Shown here one piece after another: positions 10,603 through 20,262 of a DNA stretch of 64,000 nucleotides (position 1 is its first letter; every line of letters starts with the position of its first letter). Under the pieces are notes generated by a model, which saw nothing but the letters and a program-made list of their open reading frames with translations, made no database searches and had not been told where the DNA came from. The position numbers and the translations under genes were made by a program. This stretch comes from Candidatus Poribacteria bacterium (lineage in GTDB: Bacteria > Poribacteria > WGA-4E > PCPOR2b), in assembly GCA_965198175.1 (NCBI GenBank), contig OZ240245.1:2880001-2944000 (forward strand). Reading direction: 5' to 3'.

Positions 10603-12075
10603 TTAACGTTCCGGGCGCATCTGCGGAAAAAGAATTACATCGCGGATTGAACTCTGATCCGTGAGCAGCATTGTGAGCCGATCGATGCCAATGCCGAGTC
10701 CTCCCGTCGGTGGCATTCCGTACTCCAGCGCCCGTAGATAATCTTCATCCATCATGAATGCCTCCTGCTCTCCTGCCTCCCATTTCTTGGCTTGCTCAAT
10801 AAAACGTTCCCGCTGATCGATGGGATTATTCAATTCACTGAAAGCATTGCCTATTTCCATGCGACCAATAAAGGGTTCAAACCGTTCGACCAAGCTGTCG
10901 TTCCCTCGCTTCTTCTTCGCAAGCGGTGAGGTCTCGATGGGGTAATCGCAAACAAATGTTGGTTGGACAAGGTTTGGTTCGACTAACTTATCGAACAACA
11001 CTGTGATAAGATGGCCTCTAGATTCAGTCCTTTCTAGTTCGACTCCAGCATTTAATATCATATCCTTCAACTGTTCATAACTCAGTTCTTCGACATCAAC
11101 ACCAGTTTCCTCCTCAATTGCGTCAATAATTGTGACTCGGCGCCAGGGGGGCGCCAAGGAGATAGTCTCACCTTGATAAGAGATTTCTGTAGTGTCGAGA
11201 ACGGTTTGCGCGGTGTGAGCAACGAGATTTTCCATCAAGTGCATCATATCCTCGTAATCCGCATAGGCTTGATAAAGTTCAAGCATCGTAAATTCTGGAT
11301 TGTGATCACGATCCATACCCTCATTCCGAAAATCCCTTGCGAATTCATAGACGCGATCGAATCCACCGACAATGAGCCGTTTGAGATACAGCTCGTTCGC
11401 AATACGGAGGTAGAATCGCGTATCTAATGCGTTGTGATGCGTGATAAAGGGTCGAGCAAAGGCACCCCCGTAAATAGGTTGGAGGATCGGTGTTTCTACT
11501 TCGATAAAATCTTGGCGATTGAGGAACTCGCGAATGGATTGGATGATTCGTGTACGGTTGATAAAGACCTGTTTCACATTGGGATTGACGATTAGATCGG
11601 CATACCGCCGACGATACCGTGTTTCCTTGTCTTGTAGACCGTGCCATTTTTCCGGAAGTGGACAGAGGGATTTGGCTAAAAGCGTGATCGCATTGACAAT
11701 CACTGTTAGTTCGTCAGTTCGAGTCCGAAAAACGAAACCCTCTACACCAATGATGTCCCCCACGTCGAGTTTTTTATAAACCAAATATGCTTCTGCACCA
11801 ACTAAATTCCGTCGCACAAATATCTGAATGCGACCCGACATGTCCTGTAGATGTGCGAAGCCACTCCCGCCGTGATCGCGCTTGGTCATAATGCGTCCAG
11901 CGATACAAACAAGCTTTGTTTCATCAGGTTCATGCTGAATCTGGTCAAATTCTTGGTGGATTTCCCGGGCGGTGTAATTTGGCGAGTACTTGTATGGATA
12001 TGGTTGAACGCCGACTCGACGAATTTCTTCTAATTTTTCTCGGCGTTGATGCATCAAACCGCTGGAATCTTCCAA
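10603..12075 (-). CDS. lysS: Lysine--tRNA ligase (class II)
   Basis: PLPEKWHGL, YLRIANELYLKRL, FRNEG, YGMPPTGGLGIGIDRL. Confidence 0.98.
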   Translation of the reverse strand: MEDSSGLMHQRREKLEEIRRVGVQPYPYKYSPNYTAREIHQEFDQIQHEPDETKLVCIAGRIMTKRDHGGSGFAHLQDMSGRIQIFVRRNLVGAEAYLVYKKLDVGDIIGVEGFVFRTRTDELTVIVNAITLLAKSLCPLPEKWHGLQDKETRYRRRYADLIVNPNVKQVFINRTRIIQSIREFLNRQDFIEVETPILQPIYGGAFARPFITHHNALDTRFYLRIANELYLKRLIVGGFDRVYEFARDFRNEGMDRDHNPEFTMLELYQAYADYEDMMHLMENLVAHTAQTVLDTTEISYQGETISLAPPWRRVTIIDAIEEETGVDVEELSYEQLKDMILNAGVELERTESRGHLITVLFDKLVEPNLVQPTFVCDYPIETSPLAKKKRGNDSLVERFEPFIGRMEIGNAFSELNNPIDQRERFIEQAKKWEAGEQEAFMMDEDYLRALEYGMPPTGGLGIGIDRLTMLLTDQSSIRDVILFPQMRPER

Positions 12076-12114
12076 TGGTGTTTCCTTCCGGAACTGGCTA
12101 ACTGAGCAGCGTCT

Positions 12115-12143
12115 AGTATAGCACGCCTCCAGCTTTTAGGCAA
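12115..12143 (-). promoter_or_regulatory. Putative sigma70 promoter for lysS
   Basis: Minus strand TTGCCT-17 bp-TATACT. Confidence 0.55.
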
Positions 12144-12175
12144 CAAAAAAGTTGAAGCCTGCGAAGTAATTCCTG

Positions 12176-13277
12176 TCAGGTTTGGCTTCTCTTTTTCAAG
12201 TAGCTCTCGATAAAAATCTCCAAATTGCCATCCATGACTGCGTCAATGTTTCCTGTTTCAACACTCGTGCGTAAATCTTTTACGAGCCGATAGGGATGAA
12301 ACACATAAGATCGAATCTGATTGCCAAAATTAATTTCCGGGCGTTCCCCTTGTAGCTTCGTTATCTTTTCTCGACGCTGCATCTGATAGTATTCGTAGAC
12401 TCGCGAACGTAGAACTTTCATCGCAAGTTCCCGGTTCTTATGTTGCGACCGCTCATTCTGGCATTGAGCAACAATTCCTGTTGGGATGTGGGTCATCCGG
12501 ACCGCCGAATCTGTTCGGTTGACATGCTGTCCGCCGGCTCCGCTTGATCGATAGGTATCAATCCGCAATTCTGCGGGTTGGATGTCAACGTCAACAGTTT
12601 CGCCAATTTCTGGAGAAACTGCAACCGCAGCAAATGAAGTGTGACGGCGGTGATTAAAGTCAAAAGGCGAGAGACGGACAAGACGGTGGACGCCGACTTC
12701 AGCACTGAGGTAACCGTAGGCGTACTCGCCTGAGACTAAAACCGTTGCACTCTTGATTCCCGCTTCCTCGCCGGGCATAAGTTCAATAGATTCGGTTCGG
12801 TAGCCATGCCGATCACACCAGCGCGTATACATTCGCAAGAGCATATACGCCCAATCCTGAGACTCCGTACCACCAGCGCCCGGGTGAATAGTCAAGATAG
12901 CATTACTTCTGTCATGCTCGCCATCAAGCATGAGCACTGTCGCCATCTGCTCAATCTGTTGTCCAATATCTTCTAAGTTTCTACCTATTTCCTCGCTTAC
13001 ACTCTCATCATCTTCTTCAATTGCCAGTTCAAGTAGAACCTGATTGTCCTCAAGCTGGGAGTGGAGTTTCCCATATTGTCCAATTTCTTCCCGTAAGTTC
13101 GCGAGCCGCTGTGTAACCTGTTGGGCGTGTTGAGAATTGTTCCAGAGATCCGGTTTTGAAGCCTCATTTTGAAGAGCCTCTAACTCGTCCGATTTTCTCG
13201 CAATGTCAAAGACACCCTCTGAGATCAAGGAGTCGAGCGGTAATCTCTTGGATATTGAGTTTCAAATCTGCAAGCAT
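12176..13277 (-). CDS. prfB: Peptide chain release factor 2, decoded by a programmed +1 frameshift
   Basis: SPF and GGQ motifs. ATG 13277 gives MLADLKLNIQEITARLLDLRGCL, then CTT TGA C (13211-13205) joins the main frame at DIARK. Confidence 0.97.
13205..13220 (-). promoter_or_regulatory. RF2 autoregulatory +1 frameshift site
   Basis: AGAGGG TGT CTT TGA C: internal Shine-Dalgarno-like sequence followed by the canonical CUU-UGA-C slip site. Confidence 0.95.
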
Positions 13278-13359
13278 TTCTACTTCCTTTCTTTTCGAAG
13301 TTGTGACCGAATAAAGTTTGATGATGGATCAAAGGCGGTTCTAAATTTCTTCTTTCAAT

Positions 13360-14889
13360 TCACGACCGGTGCATGAATCTGGAGATAAGCCTAATGAGAT
13401 GCGAATAGAAAAATAGAATGATACTTACCACAAAACAGAGGATTGGAAACCAATCACCATAGCGCGTATAGAGTGTATGTCGCTGATCGCCTACGGGGAT
13501 CTGCCCAATCAAGAAATCTTGGGTGTCATTGGGTTGAATCGGCTTCGTTATTATGTTGCCATGCGAGTCAATTATACATGAAATGCCTCCATTTGCGCAA
13601 CGGAAAACTGGGACTCGGTTCTCAACCGCGCGAAGGGGAGCAACTGAGAAATGTTGATCAGGCGCTGCCGTTCCCTCATACCATGCATCGTTGGTGAGTA
13701 CACCCATCACAGTTGCCCCCTTTTTGACAAACTTTCGGAAAAGGTTTGGAAACACGGATTCGAAACAGATAGAAATACCCATCTGAGCGTCCTCAGTAGT
13801 TGGAATAGGAAAAAGATTAATCGACTTGCCCGGTTCATACGGCTCAAATTGGATGAGATTCGGAAGGTAGCGACTCAGTGGAACATATTCGCCGAAGGGC
13901 ACAAGATGCATCTTGGAGTAACTGCCAAGTTTTTCGCCACTTGGAGACAACAGAAACACCCGATTATAGACTTTCGAGTCGGGGTCATAGTGTGGCGCTC
14001 CAATGAGCAGATACATCCGTCGGTCAGACAATATCTGCTCTAGCTGTAGCCGGTAGGCATTTTGCCGGGAAAAAATTGGAGCAGGAATAGCAGTCTCAGG
14101 TAAAACAATGAGATTCGGGCGGGTAGCATCTGCCTTTTTGATCAGATTCATGTACTTCTTGAATATCTTAGTTACGTTTTTCCTCTGCCATTTCTCATCC
14201 TGCGGCACATTGCCGGGGACGAGAGCTATTTCTATCGTTGAGGTAGCCTGTTGTGGTATTGATATAGTAAACACACCGTAAAAAAGAGAGGCAATGACAA
14301 TGAGGACCGGCAATGCCGTCGCCTTGAGTTGACGCCGCCAGAAAGGATACGTGCGGATTAAATTCGCAATTGCGGCGTTAAGGAGTACAACAATGAAGCT
14401 GACACCATGCACCCCCGTAATAGACGCAATTTGAATCGCGCAGATGTTATTCCATTGGCTATACCCCATGCTTCCCCAGGGAAAGCCCGTTAGCATCCAA
14501 CTGCGAATCCACTCTAACCCTGTCCAAATCACCGGAACAATCAAGACAAACCGCAAGCCGGATTGCCAGGGAAGCCGAGATAAAACAGCAGCAAAAATGC
14601 CTGGGTAGACAGCAAGATAGGCAACCAATGCAGCACACCCTAGGGTTGTTATAAAGATATTCGCAAAAGGATAAAGTAGGATAATCCAATAGGTCATGCC
14701 GAAGAAAAAGATAACGCCAGTAACATAGCCCCACCGAAATGCTGTCTTCCAGCTCGATGTCGACTTTAGGCAAACTAGGAGCGGTATTAGTCCCACCCAG
14801 GCAAGCGGAAACAGATTAAAGCTCGGCTGGCTGAAAATCAGCAGAAAACCCGAGAGACCTGCGAGGATGTAATTCTGATAACGTTTCAT
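13360..14889 (-). CDS. lnt: Apolipoprotein N-acyltransferase
   Basis: TGFPW, LPETA, KMHLVPFGEY, ICFES, TNDAW, NGGIS. Confidence 0.95.
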   Translation of the reverse strand: MKRYQNYILAGLSGFLLIFSQPSFNLFPLAWVGLIPLLVCLKSTSSWKTAFRWGYVTGVIFFFGMTYWIILLYPFANIFITTLGCAALVAYLAVYPGIFAAVLSRLPWQSGLRFVLIVPVIWTGLEWIRSWMLTGFPWGSMGYSQWNNICAIQIASITGVHGVSFIVVLLNAAIANLIRTYPFWRRQLKATALPVLIVIASLFYGVFTISIPQQATSTIEIALVPGNVPQDEKWQRKNVTKIFKKYMNLIKKADATRPNLIVLPETAIPAPIFSRQNAYRLQLEQILSDRRMYLLIGAPHYDPDSKVYNRVFLLSPSGEKLGSYSKMHLVPFGEYVPLSRYLPNLIQFEPYEPGKSINLFPIPTTEDAQMGISICFESVFPNLFRKFVKKGATVMGVLTNDAWYEGTAAPDQHFSVAPLRAVENRVPVFRCANGGISCIIDSHGNIITKPIQPNDTQDFLIGQIPVGDQRHTLYTRYGDWFPILCFVVSIILFFYSHLIRLISRFMHRS

Positions 14890-15256
14890 GCCTTAATCTT
14901 CAGCAGTTTCATGAGGTTCTGTCATTTTGAGTTGCAGACCTAGAATCTCAACCTTAGAGCAAACAGATCCATGGCTGTGCCCAAGGTGAAAAAATGAAAG
15001 GTGATGGAGTCTCCACAAACCATCGTGATACAAAGGGCTTCACATCGTCATTCTGTGGTGTGTAATTCGACCGGTCATGGCTCTATCAGGTGATGTCAAG
15101 ACATCTTCAATGCACTGATACGTTTTGGAGAAAGAACCCTAGGAGTAGCTACAGCGGGGAAAGGTTGTGTTAAATGGCAAGCTTCAATTCTAAATCGGTA
15201 TTCGGGCGAATCGTGAATCGCTGCGACGTCTCGTATGGCGTTGCCGAACATATCTG

Positions 15257-16360
15257 TCACCGAATCTTGAGCGTGCTCAAAGCCATTAGCATCAGGATGA
15301 ACGCAACAACCCAAAAGCGAATGACAATTTTCGATTCCTTCCAACCGAGTTCCTCAAAATGGTGGTGCAAAGGTGACATTCTAAACACACGTTTTTTCCG
15401 CGTTCGATACGACCACACTTGGATGATAACGGAGAGGCATTCCGCAACAAAGATACCACCGACAAGCACAAGCAGAATCTCCGCCTTAGTTAGAATAGCA
15501 ACCGTTCCCAGCGCAGCACCGAGAGCCAATGAGCCTGTATCCCCCATAATAATCTGCGCTGGATGACAATTGTACCACAAGAATCCCAAACCGGCCCCAA
15601 TGAGCGCAGCACAAAAAATAGCAACTGCCTCACCACTTGCCGGGAGGTGTGCAATATCCAAATAGCCCGCCAACTGTTGATGAGTTGTAAGGTATCCCAA
15701 AGCCCCAAATGTTGCCGCGACAAACAGTGTACAACCTATCGCCAGTCCATCAAGCCCATCTGTCAAATTGACAGCGTTGGAGGTGCCTACGATTACGATT
15801 GTGGCGAATGGGACAAATAAAAATCCGAGATCCGGACGTAGTTGCTTGAAGAACGGGATGATAAGTGATGTTTTGGTTGTTAAGTTGTCATCTGGAGCCG
15901 GCCCCCAATGGTAAAGATAATAAGCGATAGCCAAGGCGCCAATCGTTTGAAGAAAGATTTTATGCCAACCTCGCAAGCCAAGCGATTGTTGTTTCGTAAT
16001 TTTGAGGTAATCGTCAAGAAAACCGATTCCGCCAAACCATACGAAACTTAAAGCGAGGAGAAAGATATAGGGCTGATTCAACCGAGCCCACAGAAACGTC
16101 GATATCAACACGGACGAGATGATGAGCACCCCGCCCATTGTCGGTGTGCCAGCCTTACTGAGGTGGGTTTGGGGACCATCTTCCTGAATGTACTGACCAA
16201 TCTTTAACCGCCGAAGATGCCGAATCACAAGTGGACCAAAGAGCAACGCAATTAACAGCGCCGTTACTGTCGCATAAATCGATCGAAAGCTAATATAGCG
16301 GAAGACGTTAAACGGCGAAAAAACATCTGTTAAGAGTTCAAAAAATAGGTAGTAGAACAT
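15257..16360 (-). CDS. mraY: Phospho-N-acetylmuramoyl-pentapeptide transferase
   Basis: KAGTPTMGG, DDYLK, NAVNLTDGLDGLA, MGDTGSLALG, PLHHHFE. Confidence 0.98.
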   Translation of the reverse strand: MFYYLFFELLTDVFSPFNVFRYISFRSIYATVTALLIALLFGPLVIRHLRRLKIGQYIQEDGPQTHLSKAGTPTMGGVLIISSVLISTFLWARLNQPYIFLLALSFVWFGGIGFLDDYLKITKQQSLGLRGWHKIFLQTIGALAIAYYLYHWGPAPDDNLTTKTSLIIPFFKQLRPDLGFLFVPFATIVIVGTSNAVNLTDGLDGLAIGCTLFVAATFGALGYLTTHQQLAGYLDIAHLPASGEAVAIFCAALIGAGLGFLWYNCHPAQIIMGDTGSLALGAALGTVAILTKAEILLVLVGGIFVAECLSVIIQVWSYRTRKKRVFRMSPLHHHFEELGWKESKIVIRFWVVAFILMLMALSTLKIR

Positions 16361-16404
16361 CGTAATATAAAGAAGATTGAGAGATTAGTCCGGCGATGTC
16401 ACGT

Positions 16405-17616
16405 TCAATCCGAAGTAATACTTTTCGCGCCAGAGCCCGTTTTGAGTTTCCCCGAATCGAGAGTCAGTCGGTTGAGAAGGTTAGCAGCGTAAGAATATGT
16501 AACGCTGTTTTTGTCCTTATAGACTTCAAAAGCAAGTTCAATCAGTCTATCGACTAACTGAGGAAAGTCGATATTATCGCGTTCCCACAAGTAAAAACTA
16601 AATGAACCTGGAATCGTATTAATTTCATTAACAAAGGGTTTCTCGTTCTTTCCAACGAAGAAGTCGATCCGTGCAACACCCCTGCAGTCAAGAGCCCTAA
16701 AAGCGCGCTTGGCCAACTCCTGAATTTTGATTGTAAGTTCGGCTGAAATTGGTGCTGGAATCGTACGATCAGCGCCCGCCATACCTGATGCTTTACTTTC
16801 CTCGTGAACGTACTTATCGTCGAAACTCAGGAATGTTCCTGCAGACATTGGTTGCTCGCATACGGATGCAGTTAAATCGTAGTTGCCCATTACCGAGCAG
16901 TTAATTTCGATAGCATCTTCTAACCCCTCCTCTACAATTACACGCAGGTCGTATTGGCTGGCTAAATCGAGAGCCGATTTGAGATCGTCCTGATTTTGAG
17001 CTTGACTCACGCCGATACTGGAACCAGAGTTCGCGGGCTTAACGAAAACAGGGTAAGCTAAGTCTTGCTCTACTTTTTTAATGATTTCTTCTGGATTAGC
17101 TTCCCAATCTTTTTTAGTGAACCACAAGTATGAAACAATAGGGAGGTTTCCCTCGCTTAAGACAGCTTTCATGATGATTTTGTCCATTCCAGTTGCCGAT
17201 CCAAGCACGCCTGCCCCCACGTACGGAATATTCATAAGCTCCAGTAACCCCTGCAGCGTTCCATCCTCACCGTGAGCACCATGCAAAACAGGAAAAACAA
17301 TGTCTATGGGCATAGGTTTGTTTCTCTGTAACCGTCCAAATCCCCGCCTACCCGCCAGAAACTTCGGTTTTAGTCCGAGCTCCACGATAACTTTGTCAGA
17401 GCTGGAGCCATTCGGAAGATTCCCGCTGGTAAAAGTATCCAATTCAAGGAATTTGTCACTGGTCAACCACTCACCGGTTTTAGTAATGTAGATGAGTATG
17501 AGCCCGTATCTTCTATTTAGAGCTGCGAGAACCTGATGAGCCGTTATGATAGAAACCTCGTGCTCTGGAGAACGACCGCCGAAAATTAGCGCGACATTTT
17601 TTTTTGGCTTCTCCAT
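16405..17616 (-). CDS. ddl: D-alanine--D-alanine ligase
   Basis: FGGRSPEHEVS, LHGAHGEDG, GSSIG, NEINTIPG. Confidence 0.95.
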   Translation of the reverse strand: MEKPKKNVALIFGGRSPEHEVSIITAHQVLAALNRRYGLILIYITKTGEWLTSDKFLELDTFTSGNLPNGSSSDKVIVELGLKPKFLAGRRGFGRLQRNKPMPIDIVFPVLHGAHGEDGTLQGLLELMNIPYVGAGVLGSATGMDKIIMKAVLSEGNLPIVSYLWFTKKDWEANPEEIIKKVEQDLAYPVFVKPANSGSSIGVSQAQNQDDLKSALDLASQYDLRVIVEEGLEDAIEINCSVMGNYDLTASVCEQPMSAGTFLSFDDKYVHEESKASGMAGADRTIPAPISAELTIKIQELAKRAFRALDCRGVARIDFFVGKNEKPFVNEINTIPGSFSFYLWERDNIDFPQLVDRLIELAFEVYKDKNSVTYSYAANLLNRLTLDSGKLKTGSGAKSITSD

Positions 17617-17753
17617 AATCTATTCCTTTCAATAGCTCAAAATCTGACTTCTGGACTTTGGTAGAATTGGCACTCTGGTGTTGCAGTAGATCAACGCCCA
17701 GCGATTATAACACCCCGCTTGCTGAAGATGTGTACAGTTGTATCTGAATAGTC

Positions 17754-19427
17754 TTAACTTCCTTCACTGTAGCTGTCTGGAAGGTCATTTTCAAATAATA
17801 CGACATCGCCGGATTTTATGATATTCGTCAAGGATTCCGACGCTTGTGTAAGGTTTTCAACAAGCAGTATCTTCTCCTTTGGAAACCCAGCAGTTCTTAA
17901 CCCTTCTAAAATCGGTTTAGTTTGTATGGGACCCACCAAGATGACGAATTCACATACCTTGGCGGCTTCGGCGCCGAAGGTTTTGTTTTCATCGAATTCC
18001 ATATCTCCTAGCTCTACCATGCCTGGGGTAACGAGGATCTTTCTGCCATCGCTAAACCCTTCCAATACCTCAAGCGCCGCTCTAGCCCCTACTGGGTTAG
18101 CATTGAATCCATCATCAACAACGGTTACGCCGCCAGCGCCCGAAATCAACTGCAATCTGTGCGGAATCGGTTCGAGCAATTTTGTTGCATGGCTCACGTT
18201 ATCTAAGGTTACCCCACATTCTAAAGCAACTGCAGTAGCAGCTAAGATATTATAAACGTTATTTCTCCCAAGGAGCTTGGTTTCTACCTTACACGTTTCG
18301 CCCGACGATTTTTCAATAATAAAGGTAAGTCCACGGCGGGTGTTTTCAATTTTGCGCGCTGTCAATTCGACCTTTTCATCCAGTCTATCCACCGCATACC
18401 TCGCCATTTTGATGGTGGTTTTATTCGCTAGCTCCGAACAGATTTCATTATCATCATTGAAAACCGCAATCCCATCTTGAGGCAAAGACTCAATCAGCTC
18501 ATATTTTGTGCGTGCAATATTTTCAATGTTTTTGAACCGTTCTAGATGCTGGGCACCCACTGCCGTGAGTATACCGATTTCTGGGTATACCAATCGACAC
18601 AATTCCCTGATATCGCCCCTTTGATATGCTCCCATTTCTACAATAAATATCTCGTGCTCCGGTTCAAGCTGTCCCCTAATCACTTTGCAAATCCCCATAG
18701 GAGTATTGTAACTGTCGGGAGTCATTAAAACATTGAATTTTTGCGAGAGCATCGAATTCAGAATGTACTTTGTGCTTGTTTTGCCGTAACTCCCTGTGAT
18801 AGCAATTACCTTGGGATGAAGATTTCTCATCTTTTTCCGGGCAGATCGAAGGTAACATTGGTTTATCGTTTGCTCTAAGGGATAGATAAGGAGATTAGCC
18901 AAGGTTAGATTGATAGCGGCGAGTTGATTCAATAAAAATGTGAAAATGAGTAAAACCAAAAATTGCGAGTAGAGTTGATGACCCGCAAGTCGCCAGAGGG
19001 ACAATTCACCACTTAACCATATTAGTGCTATAACTGCGGTGACGAGCAGCACAATAGAAAGCCCAAAGACTCGTTTTGCTCTTGCTGTGTAAACGAGAGG
19101 TTTCTTCGATTTGAACTTTTTTTGCTTGGCGACAAAATAAGCTTCAACGCCTATCCAAGATAAGATAAAAAAGGGCAAAAATAAAGTTTTTAAGTTTAAT
19201 GGATAGAGGATTAGCGCTGGAACGATAAGACAGCCGGTAGCTACAATCTCCCCGACATCAAACAGCCGTTTTGGATGACTTCTTAGCCAACCTAAAAACC
19301 TTCCACTTTTATATCCCTCTAATTGGAGAATATGGAGTGCACGAATGGTTCGAACAACAGCTCTCACAAGCCAAACTAAAATAGCTGGAATTACAAGCAG
19401 CCCGACATAGTTAATAAAATCCGACAT
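17754..19427 (-). CDS. murF: UDP-MurNAc-tripeptide--D-Ala-D-Ala ligase with N-terminal membrane domain
   Basis: ITGSYGKTSTK, SYNTPMG, VEMGA, DDGFNANP, TPGMVELG, ENDLPD; several N-terminal hydrophobic helices. Confidence 0.9.
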   Translation of the reverse strand: MSDFINYVGLLVIPAILVWLVRAVVRTIRALHILQLEGYKSGRFLGWLRSHPKRLFDVGEIVATGCLIVPALILYPLNLKTLFLPFFILSWIGVEAYFVAKQKKFKSKKPLVYTARAKRVFGLSIVLLVTAVIALIWLSGELSLWRLAGHQLYSQFLVLLIFTFLLNQLAAINLTLANLLIYPLEQTINQCYLRSARKKMRNLHPKVIAITGSYGKTSTKYILNSMLSQKFNVLMTPDSYNTPMGICKVIRGQLEPEHEIFIVEMGAYQRGDIRELCRLVYPEIGILTAVGAQHLERFKNIENIARTKYELIESLPQDGIAVFNDDNEICSELANKTTIKMARYAVDRLDEKVELTARKIENTRRGLTFIIEKSSGETCKVETKLLGRNNVYNILAATAVALECGVTLDNVSHATKLLEPIPHRLQLISGAGGVTVVDDGFNANPVGARAALEVLEGFSDGRKILVTPGMVELGDMEFDENKTFGAEAAKVCEFVILVGPIQTKPILEGLRTAGFPKEKILLVENLTQASESLTNIIKSGDVVLFENDLPDSYSEGS

Positions 19428-19429
19428 GA

Positions 19430-20188
19430 TTATTTTCCTAAGAATCTCGAAACAATTCGGCAAAACTGAGGATAACTATCTAGGTAAGAAAAATGCCCTG
19501 CATTCTGTAGAACAACTAAGCCCGCATCTCCAATCTCTTTTTCCATAATTTTCGCATGTGCGATCGGAGTTGCTGTGTCTTTCTCTCCCCAGACAAGCAA
19601 GGTTGAAGCTCTGATTTTGGGTAATAGCGGTTTTAAATCTTCATTAACGATTTTAACAAATGTCCCCCGCATTTCACCCGCATCTTGATAATCCTTGGAG
19701 CCGACTAATCTAGAAATAGCGTTCCTGACTTTTTCGCCGAAGGCTCCAAATAATCGCCTCGAAAAAAGCAGTTTCCCAATCTTGGCAATTGACACGCGAA
19801 CATGATACTTGAATGTACGTCGAGGTTTTATCCCCGCGCTATCAACCAAGATTAACTTATCCACTTTTTCTGGATGTTTGGCTGCTAATACAATCGCAAT
19901 TCTTCCGCCGAAGGAATGGGCGATTATACTCGCTTTAGCAACTCCGAGCTTTGTGAAAAGGGCTGAAACAAATAGTGCGTAGTCATCAGCACCCCAAGGA
20001 CAAGGTGGCAAATCACTGTTACCAAATCCGGGCAGGTCTAACGCATACGCTTTGTAGTCGCTGACGAGACAATCAAAGACGGGCTTGAAACTTACTGTCT
20101 GTCCGCCCCATCCGTGAAGTAGAACAACTGCTTCGCCTTCCCCTTCAACTTTGTAAAAAACTCTAAGCCCGTCAACCTCAATAAACAT
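19430..20188 (-). CDS. Alpha/beta fold hydrolase
   Basis: LLHGWG, DLPGFG, AHSFGG nucleophile elbow, WGEKD, AGHFS. Confidence 0.92.
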   Translation of the reverse strand: MFIEVDGLRVFYKVEGEGEAVVLLHGWGGQTVSFKPVFDCLVSDYKAYALDLPGFGNSDLPPCPWGADDYALFVSALFTKLGVAKASIIAHSFGGRIAIVLAAKHPEKVDKLILVDSAGIKPRRTFKYHVRVSIAKIGKLLFSRRLFGAFGEKVRNAISRLVGSKDYQDAGEMRGTFVKIVNEDLKPLLPKIRASTLLVWGEKDTATPIAHAKIMEKEIGDAGLVVLQNAGHFSYLDSYPQFCRIVSRFLGK

Positions 20189-20262
20189 CTTAATACTCAA
20201 CTATAACGTGTCAATTAATTTTGGTCTTGGTATCCCGTGCCGAACCCCTTGCGAGGACCTAT

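Noticed and set aside
14890..15256. Long intergenic gap as a riboswitch or small gene
   Set aside because: No recognisable aptamer, terminator or credible ORF by eye.
16405..17616. VanA-type D-Ala-D-Lac ligase (glycopeptide resistance)
   Set aside because: The omega-loop region reads FDDKY, and no vanH, vanX or vanRS genes are adjacent.
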